From Chitinophagaceae bacterium (lineage in GTDB: Bacteria; Bacteroidota; Bacteroidia; Chitinophagales; Chitinophagaceae), in the NCBI GenBank assembly GCA_031441485.1, contig JANOEQ010000108.1, forward strand, positions 387 to 64,386: 64,000 nucleotides of DNA. The letters are read 5' to 3'. The first letter of the stretch is position 1. Each line of letters opens with the position of its first letter. Both the position numbers and the translations under genes were made by a program. Below the pieces are notes generated by a model, which did no database searches, was not told the origin of the DNA, and saw nothing but the letters and a program-made list of their open reading frames with translations. Below are positions 18,601 to 27,491 of this stretch, one piece after another.

Positions 18601-20079
18601 GGTGGTATCCGGTGGCACATCTTGAGAAAATTCACCTACCTGGTATACTTTACCATTATAGGTGTATTGAAAAGCTACGCCCAAAACTTCATCAGGCTGG
18701 AGCGGTTGATTCAATGATAAAAACCCGATCTGCGGATTGAAAAAATAATCTGATGAATTTAATTTGCGGGCAAATGTTTTTTCGAAGTCCTGCACAGGTG
18801 CCAGACCAAATCCTGTGAGTGCGCTTTGCACCAAAGAAGAGTTTCTGTAATTGGGGCTGGAATTAAGAGTTGAATACAGGTTATTCGCATCATTAGTTGG
18901 CACATCAGAACCACTGCCAATAAGCAGCGGAGTTCTGTAGGGATTTCTTTCACCCAAATCCATAAACGCCACCACATCTCTTGTATCAGTAGTGGCCCCA
19001 TTACGATTGGTTACCCACACTTCCATTTTCAACACCTGCACTTTTGAATTTACCACCGGCAATTGTTTCATTGCCTTATTGTAATTACTTCGGAAGTATT
19101 GCGCCAGCAGGAAGTGACGGTTCTCATCATATTCGTCTGTCTTCAATGAAAAACTTTGTGCGGCTGTACCGCCTGTCAAGTTTTGTGATTGCCGTTGTGA
19201 TTGCTGGTTGGCAAAAACAGTGGTCACAAATAATTTCCCAAATTGTAATTGCGTTTTTATACCAAACAGGGATTGTGCGCCTGGTATCAATGTTCCTTTG
19301 GAAGCAAAATTGGTATTCCCTAATTGGAACTGTTTCAGGATATCATCATCCTTACCCCGAAAGTCCAGTTTCAACTGGTTTTCAAAATTGAAGTTGGCTA
19401 ATGTATTATAATTGATAGGCAGTTTTAATTTCTCACCAATCTGTGCATCCACCTGCAACTGTGAGTTCATATTAAAATCAAATCCGCCATTTCTTCTTGC
19501 TCTTTCAGGCAATGTTGGATTTTTAATATTCTGTCCCTGGTAGCCAGCCAGCAGGTCTACATAACCAGAAGGTTTAATATCCACTTTTACTTTTCCATCC
19601 GGCCCCACTCCCATTATCCGGTTGAACCAGTCATTGGATACTTTGAATTTGGGCTTGAACTGGCGGCGGTTCATATTTGCCAGCAGTGCAGATCTTTTTT
19701 TGAAATAATCTTCTTCATCCTTCCTGCCCTGCAACTGCAAAAATTCTTCCATGCTGAAAGAAGTGGGCGTACGGTAATATTTGTTACCAATCTTTTCTAC
19801 GATATAGTATTGTTTTGTTTTGGGATCGTATTCGATAGTACGCTTCAGAAAAGAGGTATCCTTCAGGTCAAAGCTGTTGCGGTTGGGATTGGAATAAGGG
19901 TCGCCGTATCTGTCACGCAGGGGGTAGCGGTTGGTATCTGCTGAAAAATAGAATTTATCTGAGGGGTCGGGGTTATAATATCCGGCGTTTGCCTGTGTAA
20001 AGGAGGCAATTACAATGGCAATAGCTGCCATTGTGCGAAGGATATGAGCAGTTTTAAGGTTCAATGTTTTCTCTGTCAA
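12637..20079 (-). CDS. sprA: T9SS translocon / cell-surface protein SprA
   Basis: A 2480-aa giant beta-barrel-type protein with a signal peptide, next to ruvA. Its size and sequence character match Bacteroidetes SprA. Confidence 0.95.
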   Translation of the reverse strand: MTEKTLNLKTAHILRTMAAIAIVIASFTQANAGYYNPDPSDKFYFSADTNRYPLRDRYGDPYSNPNRNSFDLKDTSFLKRTIEYDPKTKQYYIVEKIGNKYYRTPTSFSMEEFLQLQGRKDEEDYFKKRSALLANMNRRQFKPKFKVSNDWFNRIMGVGPDGKVKVDIKPSGYVDLLAGYQGQNIKNPTLPERARRNGGFDFNMNSQLQVDAQIGEKLKLPINYNTLANFNFENQLKLDFRGKDDDILKQFQLGNTNFASKGTLIPGAQSLFGIKTQLQFGKLFVTTVFANQQSQRQSQNLTGGTAAQSFSLKTDEYDENRHFLLAQYFRSNYNKAMKQLPVVNSKVQVLKMEVWVTNRNGATTDTRDVVAFMDLGERNPYRTPLLIGSGSDVPTNDANNLYSTLNSSPNYRNSSLVQSALTGFGLAPVQDFEKTFARKLNSSDYFFNPQIGFLSLNQPLQPDEVLGVAFQYTYNGKVYQVGEFSQDVPPDTTGTSQRVLFLKLLKATSQRTNLPIWDLMMKNVYSVGYGQLERQDFKLDLKYEEPSLGEKNYLPPADVINTYEGLPILRLTNLDRLNNQNDPQPDGVFDFVEGYTVISTQSRIIFPVLEPFGHDLDYVYATQALRDKYLYYPLYDTIKAIAQTYANLNRFKITGRSKTSGSQSGGGIAGAGGVGGSNEYQIGYNVPRGSVSVTANGQVLQENVDYEVNYDLGTLRITNQAIINSGVPVQVNSENNQAFGFQQKNFLGLRLDYMASKKLSLGGTIVKLGERPFFIKQSYGEDPIKNTMYGVDLDYRNNLPRLTKWLDKLPFYSTKTMSSITAYAEAALLDPGHAKQINGTNSDGGAEKGGQVYIDDFEGTRSGIDLRFPLISWTLASVPQGNGLFPESANNNDLSSGYNRAKMAWYNIESVLQERNANNPIKDVEELSKPETRQVLQKEIFPKRSTQFGEGLLQTFDLAFYPKERGPYNFQTDPLRLDANGKLRVPTKAWGGLMRNIDQTDFETGNIEYIEFWLQDPFIRNTANPNGGQLYFNLGNISEDIVRDGKRMYENGLPTPTINSPVDNSTVWGRAPSNPLQVTNAFSNEPNDRQFQDVGYDGLVDTAETRKFTPYLNSLRTNFGVTSPVYLNALPDPSADNFKPYRDQSFDAAGNVAGILKRYKNINNPHGNSPISENNTQFVNAFTQYPDAEELNRDNTMNEVEEYFQYKVDIKPNMFAGSNYITDVRTPTVTLPNGQTRTEKWYLFRIPVDQFSAKVGNIPDFKSIRFIRMFATGFEDSVVMRFGKLELVRNQWRKFRSKIDSTGNFVNLPLPDPTTVNVLAVNIEENDQRDPIPYRIPPGIERQQQLSNNNVALFLNEQSISMQVCGLPQDEARGVFKTLNLDMRQYGKLSMFIHAESVKNAQPIEDGDLKAVIRIGNDFSGNYYEIKIPLKVTPFGTTDSARIWPRENYLDFSLDDLTKLKIKRNKQGVQPSVYFKETLANGRTYAIIGNPNLGEVRGMLLGVENITQESACTEIWFNELRLSQLDEKGGWAALARTDIRLADLGSISLSATARSNGFGTLEQRVNERSREDVYTIDASATIEAGKLLPKKLGVQIPVYAGISRTSSTPEYDPYDLDINLKEKLKEADPKNRDSIRNNAQDITTIKTVNFTNVRKLKTDGKRPKPWSVTNFDFNYSYIQTLSHNPLIERDELRRTRGALGYTYAPQTKPFEPFKKLIKSNSKWLALIKEVNFNYAPSQISFKADVFRQFGATRPRNVDGGPYKVPETYNKYFTFDRYYIMQWNLTRSISIDYSATNRARIDEPEGRIDTRDKKGTVKDNVLKGGRNTDFSQDVTINYNLPTNKIPLLDWTTIRASYNTRYNWLAGSLLARTDSIDLGHRLSNTQTRTINGEFKFEELYNKWRFLRAVSTNSPNPPGNKAGGANQPGGGKSGGKGNKGNKGKDEKGNTAGNTGLDQQLNQQGNAGVAKADTIRNKKGKIIRIKKPKVKKVKKQKRDPNDLPEVGNIPKFFLRMVTSLKRVGIQYTEDMGTTLPGYMDSTKLLGYNPKSKEPGFGFIFGYQPDTNWINNFGARGLLSRDSLVSEMIRQRYNQKLNLTAQLSPFRDFNIDLNMDKTFSKDYSELYKDIDGKDKPEPLQRLNPYALGSFNVSYISYKTLFNKFDPNVISETFKTFESNRAILSRKLAFQNNYQGGVVDPNDPAYFKGYGRYSQDVVIPAFIAAYTKKDPLNVNIAKNSNPNLRSNPFSGITPKPNWTITYNGLSRLPGLDKIFTNFTLRHGYHSTFSMNSFNTALLFADPLRIGYPSFVDPLTGNYIPYFLVPNITIQESFDPLIEIDMTFTNQLQTRFEYKKSRTLSLSLIDYQLAENRSTEMTFGLNWRQKGVPLIKKLPFMKKQLDNDVTIRIDFSLRDDATANSKLDQGTSFGTAGQKVIRIAPSIDYVVNNRVSLKLYFEQNRNIPKISNAFPITNTRGGLQIRVSLAQ

Positions 20080-20102
20080 TTAGTTCCTGAAAAATAGTGG
20101 AT

Positions 20103-20684
20103 TTAGAGGGTACGAAGTGCCTTCTTAATCAGTTCCTCAACAGATAAGTTTGGATTGACCGCCAGGGTCTTTTCTATGGCTTGCCCGGCTGCTTGCCGGT
20201 TGATGCCCAGGGCGGACAATGCATTTAACGCATCCTGCTGAAAAGTATTGTTTTTTATAAGCGAAATATTTGATTCTAAAGGCTGTTTGGCCAGTTTGTC
20301 CCGCAGTTCCAGCACCAGTCTTTCAGCCGTTTTTTTGCCAATGCCTTTTATCCCTTCTAATGTCCGGCTGTCACCCTGCACAATGGCTTTTGCAAGCTCT
20401 TCAGGTTTCATACAGGACAACATAACCCTGGCTGTTGATGCACCTACCCCGGAAACACTTATCAGGTACTGAAACATTTCTTTTTCAGCCAGATCAAAAA
20501 ACCCGTATAAAATATGAGCATCCTCCCGTATCAGCAGACAAGTATGCAACAGCCCTTTTTCCAGTTTTTGGATGCTGGAATAAGTATGCAGGCTGATTTG
20601 AACATCATACCCAACGCCATTTACCTCCACCTGTACAAGGGCGGGGCTTTTATGAACAAAATCTCCTTTCAGGTAAGCTATCAT
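20103..20684 (-). CDS. ruvA: Holliday junction branch migration protein RuvA
   Basis: MIAYLKG...VEVNGVGY N-terminus and HhH motifs (SVSGVGASTA, IKGIGKKTAERL). Confidence 0.93.
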   Translation of the reverse strand: MIAYLKGDFVHKSPALVQVEVNGVGYDVQISLHTYSSIQKLEKGLLHTCLLIREDAHILYGFFDLAEKEMFQYLISVSGVGASTARVMLSCMKPEELAKAIVQGDSRTLEGIKGIGKKTAERLVLELRDKLAKQPLESNISLIKNNTFQQDALNALSALGINRQAAGQAIEKTLAVNPNLSVEELIKKALRTL

Positions 20685-20729
20685 GGTTGCGAAAATAGGG
20701 AATTGGTTAACTGGTTAATCAGTTTATTG

Positions 20730-20795
20730 GTTAATTGGGGTGTGAAGCCCGGAAGGCGCAGGATTTTTACCCGATTACGGGTAGCCCCAATTAAC
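20730..20795. repeat. palindromic intergenic element (TTAAC-rich family)
   Basis: The 11-bp perfect arms GTTAATTGGGG (20730-20740) and CCCCAATTAAC (20785-20795) enclose the inner hairpin TACCCG-atta-CGGGTA. Flanks hold GGTTAA(C/T) iterations, and similar TTAAC-rich sequence lies at 28740-28800. Confidence 0.5.
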
Positions 20796-20864
20796 TTATT
20801 AACTAATTAACTAAATAATCATTCCCCGTACCTTTGGCCACTTTTACTTTAATATTATCAGCGC

Positions 20865-21869
20865 ATGAGTAACAGAAAGATAACGGCTGCTATTACAGCA
20901 GTTGGCGGCTTTGTTCCTGAAGACCGGCTTACCAATTTTGACCTTGAAAAAATGGTGGATACCAACGATGAATGGATACGAACCCGTACCGGCATTTCTG
21001 AAAGAAGAATTTTAAAAGGGGAAGGCCTGGCCACTTCTGATATGGTAGTGCCTGCTGTAAAACAGCTTTGTGAAAAAAGAGGTATCAGTCCTTCAGCAAT
21101 TGACTGCCTGATAGTGGGGACAGTTACTCCCGATATGGTTTTTCCGGCTACTGCCAATATTGCCTGTGATAAACTTGGCGCTAAAAATGCCTGGGGCTTT
21201 GATGTGTCTGCTGCCTGCTCCGGCTTTTTATATTCATTGACACAGGGCGCTGCTTTAATAGAAAGTGGCCGCTATAAAAAAGTAGTGGTTTGCGGGGCTG
21301 ATAAAATGAGCGCCATTGTGGATTATTCCGACAGGGCCACCTGTATCATTTTTGGTGATGGTGCCGGGGCCGTTTTACTGGAGCCTTCTGAAGATGAATA
21401 TGGAATAAAGGATTCTATCCTGAGAAGCGACGGCAGCGGTTGCCAGTTTTTACACATGAAGGCGGGTGGTTCTAAAAAACCGGCTTCTATAGAAACAGTT
21501 ATGGCAAGGGAGCATTTTGCATACCAGGAAGGACAGGCAGTTTTCAAATTTGCGGTGAAGGGAATGGCTGATATAAGCGCTGAATTGCTGGAAAGAAATA
21601 AGCTGACAGGTGATGATATCGCCTGGCTGGTGCCTCACCAGGCCAATTTGAGAATCATAGATGCTACTGCAAACAGAATGGGCCTGCCCAGAGAAAAAGT
21701 AATGATCAACATACAGAAATTTGGCAATACAACAGCAGCAACTATTCCTTTATGTTTATGGGAATGGGAACCTCAGTTGAAGAAAGGGGACAATATTGTA
21801 CTGGCAGCATTTGGAGGTGGTTTTACCTGGGGCGCCACTTTGGTAAAATGGGGGTATTCTACGAAGTAA
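20865..21869 (+). CDS. fabH: 3-oxoacyl-ACP synthase III
   Basis: Active-site context [11 protein letters not shown]. The C-terminus has HQANLRI and GNTTAATIP. Confidence 0.93.
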   Translation: MSNRKITAAITAVGGFVPEDRLTNFDLEKMVDTNDEWIRTRTGISERRILKGEGLATSDMVVPAVKQLCEKRGISPSAIDCLIVGTVTPDMVFPATANIACDKLGAKNAWGFDVSAACSGFLYSLTQGAALIESGRYKKVVVCGADKMSAIVDYSDRATCIIFGDGAGAVLLEPSEDEYGIKDSILRSDGSGCQFLHMKAGGSKKPASIETVMAREHFAYQEGQAVFKFAVKGMADISAELLERNKLTGDDIAWLVPHQANLRIIDATANRMGLPREKVMINIQKFGNTTAATIPLCLWEWEPQLKKGDNIVLAAFGGGFTWGATLVKWGYSTK

Positions 21870-21982
21870 AAATTCTATATTACCTTAAGAGTTTACTACT
21901 ATAAGTGAAATATAACTACTGAATTACTTTTATAAGCCGGCACTTACATTAATTTGCAGTAGCAAAAAAATCCGCCGCCATA

Positions 21983-22216
21983 ATGTCAAGCCGTAACCGT
22001 TCCAGCAGGAAATTTTGGAAGTCTGTGATTCAGCTCTTCTTTATTTACCTGATTATTTTTCCTGTCCTGTTTTATATCCTTGATCAGCAGACTCTGTTGA
22101 GGTTACTGAAAAAAGATCCCGGGCTTTTTATTTTTGAAATGGCGGGCATACCAATGGCCATTGCTATGATAATCAGTTACTGGACAAAAAGTGATCCCGA
22201 ACTTAGAAAATGGTAA
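21983..22216 (+). CDS. small two-TM membrane protein (hypothetical)
   Basis: A 77-aa ORF with two hydrophobic segments. No homology recognised. Confidence 0.35.
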   Translation: MSSRNRSSRKFWKSVIQLFFIYLIIFPVLFYILDQQTLLRLLKKDPGLFIFEMAGIPMAIAMIISYWTKSDPELRKW

Positions 22217-22221
22217 TTTGG

Positions 22222-22719
22222 TTATTTTTTAGAACCCCTTGACCATAGGATAAAATCGGTTGCCGGTAATTTTTCCACCCCAAGTTGACGCAGCATATTG
22301 ATCAACTGGCCGCGGTGATATGTGCCATGATTAAACACATGCAGCAACATCTGCCAGGTGGGTTGTTTGAACTGCTCTCTTGCCAGCGTTTGATATTGAA
22401 AAACATGCTCGATAGAAAGCTCCGAAGCATTGCTGATCCATTCTTCCCACAACTTTGACTGCTGCTGAAGACTGCTTACCAGTTCCTGCATATTCCCTTT
22501 AAAAGTTTCGCTGGGTGCCAACAATCTTTCCTGTAGTTTCAGGCGCTGCCACCATACACTTTCAGCATCCCATATATGTAATACAGTCTTGTACAAACTG
22601 GAAAAACTGCTTGGCAATTCTGCCAGTTGCTTTTCTTCGGGAAGTGAAAGAATTATCTCCATAATTTTATGGCTGGCCCATATATTATATACAGCATATT
22701 GTTTTAAGAGTTCCTTCAT
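22222..22719 (-). CDS. DinB-family protein
   Basis: DinB-like His pattern (VLHIWDAE...HVFNHGTYHRGQL) and typical size. Confidence 0.8.
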   Translation of the reverse strand: MKELLKQYAVYNIWASHKIMEIILSLPEEKQLAELPSSFSSLYKTVLHIWDAESVWWQRLKLQERLLAPSETFKGNMQELVSSLQQQSKLWEEWISNASELSIEHVFQYQTLAREQFKQPTWQMLLHVFNHGTYHRGQLINMLRQLGVEKLPATDFILWSRGSKK

Positions 22720-22800
22720 TTGAGAACTAAGGTTTTTTAGATTAAAAAGATTAAAGGGATATTTGCATGATTCCGCATAAAAATAAAAACATTTCAGTCT

Positions 22801-24036
22801 ATGGCAGATAATACTTTTCCCCGTCAGGCAGATGGTTCGCCTGCATTATTAACAGGATGGGGCTCTGTGGCAGTACATGCTGGGCATACACCCGACCCCA
22901 ACTATGCGCACCTGGTGCCTATCTATGCCAGCAGTACCTATGTGTTTGATAACGCTGAACAGGGCATGCGCCGCTTCAGCGGACAGGAAGAAGGTTTTAT
23001 CTACAGCCGTTGGGGTAATCCCACTATGGCTGAAGCAGAAGAAAAAATTGCAGCACTCGAAACCTTCGGGCTGGGAATTGAAGTAATGGGAATATTGCAT
23101 GCGTCAGGTATGGCGGCTATTTCCACATTGATGCTGGCTACTTTAAAACCGGGCGATAAAATACTCACACATTATTCGCTCTATGGGGGAACAGAGGAAC
23201 TCGTGGCCCGGGTCCTTCCTCCTTTTGGTATCAGTTCAGTTATTGCCGACCTGAGAGACATTAATAAGGCAGAAAGCATTTTGAAAGCAGACCCGTCTAT
23301 CAGAATGCTTTACCTTGAAACGCCTGCCAATCCAACTATTCAGTGTGTAGATATAGAAGAACTGAGCCGGCTGGCTAAACAATACAATTGCCTGGCAGCA
23401 TGCGATAATACATTTGCCACTCCCTACCTGCAACAACCTTTTAAGTATGATGTAGATTTTGTAGTGCATTCAACCACCAAATTTCTCAATGGGCATGGTA
23501 CTGCCATTGGCGGTATTTTACTGGGAAGGGATATGGAATGGATGAAAACAAAGATTACTAAACTGCACCGTACACTCGGTGGCAACTCCAATGCCTTTGA
23601 TGCGTTTTTGCTGATACAGGGAATGAAAACCCTGGAACTGCGAATGGAACGGCATTGCCACAATGCAATGGAAGTGGCCAATTTTCTGGAAACACATCCG
23701 GCAGTGGCAAAAGTTAATTATACCGGCCTGGCTTCCCATCCCGATCATTATACGGCGATGAAACAAATGCGTCATCCTGGTGCCATGCTTAGTTTTGAAT
23801 TAAAAACCGGCTTGCAGGGTGGTATAGATTTTATGAATAAATTGAAAATGTGTGTAAGGACCGTTTCCCTCGGCACCTGTGATACGCTGCTTTCTCATCC
23901 CGCATCTATGACACACTACAGTGTTCCTAAAGAAGAAAAAGAAAAATATGGCATTACTGATGGATTGATACGGATGAATGTGGGGATTGAAAATTTGCAG
24001 GATATTATTAATGACATACAGCAAGCGTTAAAATAA
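22801..24036 (+). CDS. PLP-dependent Cys/Met-metabolism enzyme (methionine gamma-lyase / O-acetylhomoserine sulfhydrylase family)
   Basis: The PLP-lysine context HSTTKFLNGHG, with family-typical N- and C-terminal regions. Confidence 0.88.
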   Translation: MADNTFPRQADGSPALLTGWGSVAVHAGHTPDPNYAHLVPIYASSTYVFDNAEQGMRRFSGQEEGFIYSRWGNPTMAEAEEKIAALETFGLGIEVMGILHASGMAAISTLMLATLKPGDKILTHYSLYGGTEELVARVLPPFGISSVIADLRDINKAESILKADPSIRMLYLETPANPTIQCVDIEELSRLAKQYNCLAACDNTFATPYLQQPFKYDVDFVVHSTTKFLNGHGTAIGGILLGRDMEWMKTKITKLHRTLGGNSNAFDAFLLIQGMKTLELRMERHCHNAMEVANFLETHPAVAKVNYTGLASHPDHYTAMKQMRHPGAMLSFELKTGLQGGIDFMNKLKMCVRTVSLGTCDTLLSHPASMTHYSVPKEEKEKYGITDGLIRMNVGIENLQDIINDIQQALK

Positions 24037-24044
24037 TTAATAGT

Positions 24045-24518
24045 ATGGGAGTAAATATCCGCCGGGCGGTAAAAGAAGACTGCCCCCGATTATTAGAACT
24101 GATCTCTGAACTGGCCGTGTATGAAAAAGCACCTGATGAGGTAAGCGTTACACTGGAACATTTCATCAAAAGTGGTTTTGGTGAGAAGCCGGTATGGTGG
24201 GCTTTTGTGGCCTCAACTGTTTTTCCGCAAGAAGAGGGAAGAGGTGAGATTATTCTCGGATTTGCACTCTACTATACTCGCTACTCCACCTGGAAAGGGC
24301 AACGCATGTACCTGGAAGATATTATCGTAACCAAAGAAGCAAGAGGAAAAGGAATCGGTAAATTATTGATGGACCGCCTGATTGAAGAAGCCAGGGAAAA
24401 TAAATTCAGCGGTATGATGTGGCAGGTGCTGGAATGGAATGAACCAGCCCTTAATTTTTATAAAAAATATAATGCTGATCTTGATGGCGAGTGGATCAAT
24501 TGCAGTTTAAACTTTTAG
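24045..24518 (+). CDS. GNAT-family N-acetyltransferase
   Basis: Acetyl-CoA binding motif RGKGIGKLL within a 157-aa fold-sized protein. Confidence 0.85.
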   Translation: MGVNIRRAVKEDCPRLLELISELAVYEKAPDEVSVTLEHFIKSGFGEKPVWWAFVASTVFPQEEGRGEIILGFALYYTRYSTWKGQRMYLEDIIVTKEARGKGIGKLLMDRLIEEARENKFSGMMWQVLEWNEPALNFYKKYNADLDGEWINCSLNF

Positions 24519-24653
24519 ATACAAATTGCGCTTCACCCATCTAACTGCATTTCCTGATCAGGAACTATTTCAACTTCATTTGTGCAAAATAAGGATGATC
24601 TGGATTTACAATAAGCTCCCGTCTGTATGGATGAATAAGTATATCTCCCGACA

Positions 24654-25025
24654 CTACAATATTTTTATATATGGAATCGGGACAGGCATATCTTCTAATG
24701 GGATAGCGCCTAATAACAATTCATTATCCCCCGGAATAACCATTGCATCCACCACACAGCGCCTGTTTTTAAACCTCACCTCTATCGGGCCTGCTACGTC
24801 ATACTCAACCACACTGCCGTCAGCTAATTGTCCCTTTCTTTTTTCCACTACTGATAGCTGCAGTTGTTCCTGTACAGTTTCATTTATACACATATACACA
24901 CTGCCCGTATCAACCAGCATACTTACAGTCATACGCTTTACTTCCTCCTGTCCAATAATATGGCGGCGAACTAATGCTAAATCATCAGCATTTATTAACT
25001 CAATATCTGCATACACTAAACCCAT
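24654..25025 (-). CDS. retropepsin-like (clan AA) aspartic protease, single domain
   Basis: LVDTGS active-site motif in a 123-aa protein. The longer opposite-strand ORF 24526-25047 has no recognisable features. Confidence 0.7.
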   Translation of the reverse strand: MGLVYADIELINADDLALVRRHIIGQEEVKRMTVSMLVDTGSVYMCINETVQEQLQLSVVEKRKGQLADGSVVEYDVAGPIEVRFKNRRCVVDAMVIPGDNELLLGAIPLEDMPVPIPYIKIL

Positions 25026-25228
25026 GATACTATTTTTTATTACATGAAATTAAAAATTTATTTCATGTACGTTCAAATAAATAAGAGTAAATATTTTTTC
25101 ATCGCTGAAAAGAGAAAGTACCACGCAGAGATGTAATACACGAATGACCCGAAAAGTCAGCAATGCTGGTTATGGACATAATTTTAGTATGGAATACTGC
25201 TTTGGCAGCCCAAAAATTGATTTTAAAA

Positions 25229-26119
25229 TCAATTCACTCCATCCACCTGCATTTCTTTATTAATTTTCAGCACCAGCCCCTGCAATACTTTACCCGGACC
25301 TGCCTCTGTAAATTTATAAGCACCATCTGTAATCATTGCCTGTATACTTTGTGTCCAGCGAACTGCACCCGTTAGTTGGTCAACCAGGTTTTGTTTTATC
25401 TCATCTTTATCCATTACTGCTTTTGCCACTACATTTTGGTATACAGCGCAGGTAGGATTATGAAATTTTGTTGATTCTATTGTTGCTGCTAATTCTTTTT
25501 TTGCCGGCAACATCAAGGGGGAATGAAAAGCCCCCCCTACAGGTAATACCAATGCTCTTTTGGCGCCTGCCGCTTTCATTCTTCCGCAGGCTATTTCAAT
25601 CGCTTTTAAAGAACCGCTTATTACAATCTGCCCGGGACAATTATAATTAGCGGCCACCACCACTTCTCCGGTTTCCTGTTGTACTTCTGCACAAATAGCT
25701 TCCACTTTTTCATCGGCCAGATTTAATACAGCCGCCATGGTTGATGGCACCATATCACAGGCAATCTGCATAGCTTTTGCCCGCACTGACACCAGGAGCA
25801 ATGCATCTTCAAAACTTAGCGTGCCATTGGCCACCAATGCAGAAAACTCTCCCAATGAATGACCTGCCACCATATCCGGCGACACACTTTCAATACTTTT
25901 ATAAGCCATAATGGAATGCAGAAATACGGCAGGCTGCGTAACATTGGTTTGCTTTAAATCAGCTTCTGTACCGGTAAACATTACGTCAGATATGCGGAAG
26001 CCCAATATTTCGTTGGCCTGTTCAAATAATTTCCTGGTAAAAGCGCTGTTCTCATAATGATCTTTACCCATTCCCGGAAATTGCGAACCCTGTCCCGGAA
26101 AAATAAATGCATGTTTCAT
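25229..26119 (-). CDS. fabD: malonyl-CoA-ACP transacylase
   Basis: FIFPGQGSQ follows directly after the ATG at 26119, which I prefer to 26158. The active site is GHSLGEFSA. Confidence 0.93.
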   Translation of the reverse strand: MKHAFIFPGQGSQFPGMGKDHYENSAFTRKLFEQANEILGFRISDVMFTGTEADLKQTNVTQPAVFLHSIMAYKSIESVSPDMVAGHSLGEFSALVANGTLSFEDALLLVSVRAKAMQIACDMVPSTMAAVLNLADEKVEAICAEVQQETGEVVVAANYNCPGQIVISGSLKAIEIACGRMKAAGAKRALVLPVGGAFHSPLMLPAKKELAATIESTKFHNPTCAVYQNVVAKAVMDKDEIKQNLVDQLTGAVRWTQSIQAMITDGAYKFTEAGPGKVLQGLVLKINKEMQVDGVN

Positions 26120-26241
26120 AAGCTGTATTTTACCCCCCCTGAAGTTACTATCGTTCATACATAAAAATGCAGAAAGGTAACCTCAAAAAAAAAGTTTGAT
26201 TGAAATCAATCAAACCTTTCCTGTTATTACAAATGTACTGT

Positions 26242-26838
26242 TTAATGTAAATCGGAACTGATTAGTTTCAGGAACTCACTCCGGCTGGAATTTTTTTGAA
26301 ACTCCCCATCAAAAGCTGAAGTAGTGGTGGAAGAGTTTTGTTTTTGCACGCCCCGCATCATCATACATAAGTGTTTAGCCTCAATTACCACGGCCACACC
26401 CAGCGGATTAAGGGTTTCCTTTATGGCATTCATAATTTCAACGGTTAACCGCTCTTGCACCTGCAGCCGCCGGGCATACACATCCACCACTCTCGCCATC
26501 TTACTAAGTCCGGTTATCCATCCGTTGGGAATATAGGCAATATGTGCTTTTCCAAAAAAAGGCAACATGTGATGCTCACACATGCTATACACTTCTATAT
26601 CTTTTACCACAATCATCTCACTTACCGGCTCATGAAACTTGGCAGAGTTTATAATTGCCTTAGCATCCAAATGATATCCCTGTGTCAGGTATTGCATCGC
26701 TTTTGCAAGACGCTCAGGTGTTTTCAATAAACCTTCCCGTTCAGAATTTTCGCCCAACAGATCAAGCACTTCCTTATAGTTACCTATCAAACCGGAAGTT
26801 GTTTGCTCATCATACTGCTCAATTTTTTTATATGCCAT
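26242..26838 (-). CDS. folE: GTP cyclohydrolase I
   Basis: [18 protein letters not shown] and the RLQVQERLT motifs. Confidence 0.95.
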   Translation of the reverse strand: MAYKKIEQYDEQTTSGLIGNYKEVLDLLGENSEREGLLKTPERLAKAMQYLTQGYHLDAKAIINSAKFHEPVSEMIVVKDIEVYSMCEHHMLPFFGKAHIAYIPNGWITGLSKMARVVDVYARRLQVQERLTVEIMNAIKETLNPLGVAVVIEAKHLCMMMRGVQKQNSSTTTSAFDGEFQKNSSRSEFLKLISSDLH

Positions 26839-26844
26839 AGTAGT

Positions 26845-27007
26845 AATGTGAAAATGTGATGAATGTGGAAATGTGAAAATTTAACCCATTTAGCCAACAT
26901 TCATTTTATTGTTTTAAAAAACCCTCTCAATTAAACTTTCAAGCAATCACCCTAATTTACACCCCCGACATTCATAACATTTCCACATTTCCACATTTCC
27001 ACATTCC
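26845..27007. repeat. inverted arrays of the octamer ATGTGRAA / TTCCACAT flanking ~88 bp
   Basis: The left array is AATGTGAAAATGTGATGAATGTGGAAATGTGAAAAT (26845-26880). The right array is CATTCATAACATTTCCACATTTCCACATTTCCACATTCC (26969-27007), in reverse-complement orientation. Confidence 0.6.
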
Positions 27008-27010
27008 AAA

Positions 27011-27424
27011 TTAAACCGGGTACTCTACAAAGTTTCTTGGTGTTTCATACAGCCGTACCTGCATATCAAGGTTCTTATCAATAAACGGGCGCAACAGATT
27101 ATAAATAACCACCACAATATTCTCTGCAGTAGGATTTAAATTTTTAAATTCTTCCGTATCCAGGTTCAGGTTTTTATGGTCAAACCTGGAATGTATCTCC
27201 CGCTTTACCAGGTCGCCAAGTTCTTTCATATCCATCACATAACCGGTATCTTTGTTTGGCTCACCCACCACTTTTATTTCCAGTTCATAATTATGACCAT
27301 GGTAATGAGGCAGCGCACATTTGCCAAACACCAGTTCATTGGCTGCATCATCCCAGGCCGGGTTGTACAACCGGTGGGCAGCATTGAAATGTTCTTTTCT
27401 GAAAACAGCTACTTTATTACTCAT
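27011..27424 (-). CDS. 6-pyruvoyl-tetrahydropterin / 6-carboxytetrahydropterin synthase family protein (paralogue 1)
   Basis: HFNAAHRL and GKCALPHYHGHNYELE motifs. I prefer the start at MSNKVAVFRKEHF (27424) by analogy with the paralogue. Confidence 0.88.
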   Translation of the reverse strand: MSNKVAVFRKEHFNAAHRLYNPAWDDAANELVFGKCALPHYHGHNYELEIKVVGEPNKDTGYVMDMKELGDLVKREIHSRFDHKNLNLDTEEFKNLNPTAENIVVVIYNLLRPFIDKNLDMQVRLYETPRNFVEYPV

Positions 27425-27491
27425 ATTCCAATTTACGACATCAATACTTATAACGGTGGGGAAGTGCAAAAGTTTGTCAGGCAGGTATATT

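Noticed and set aside
24526-25047. 173-aa + strand ORF covering the aspartic protease gene
   Set aside because: No recognisable motif and Ser/Thr/Ile-rich composition. The minus-strand partner has the DTGS active site and sensible domain size. This remains a judgement call.
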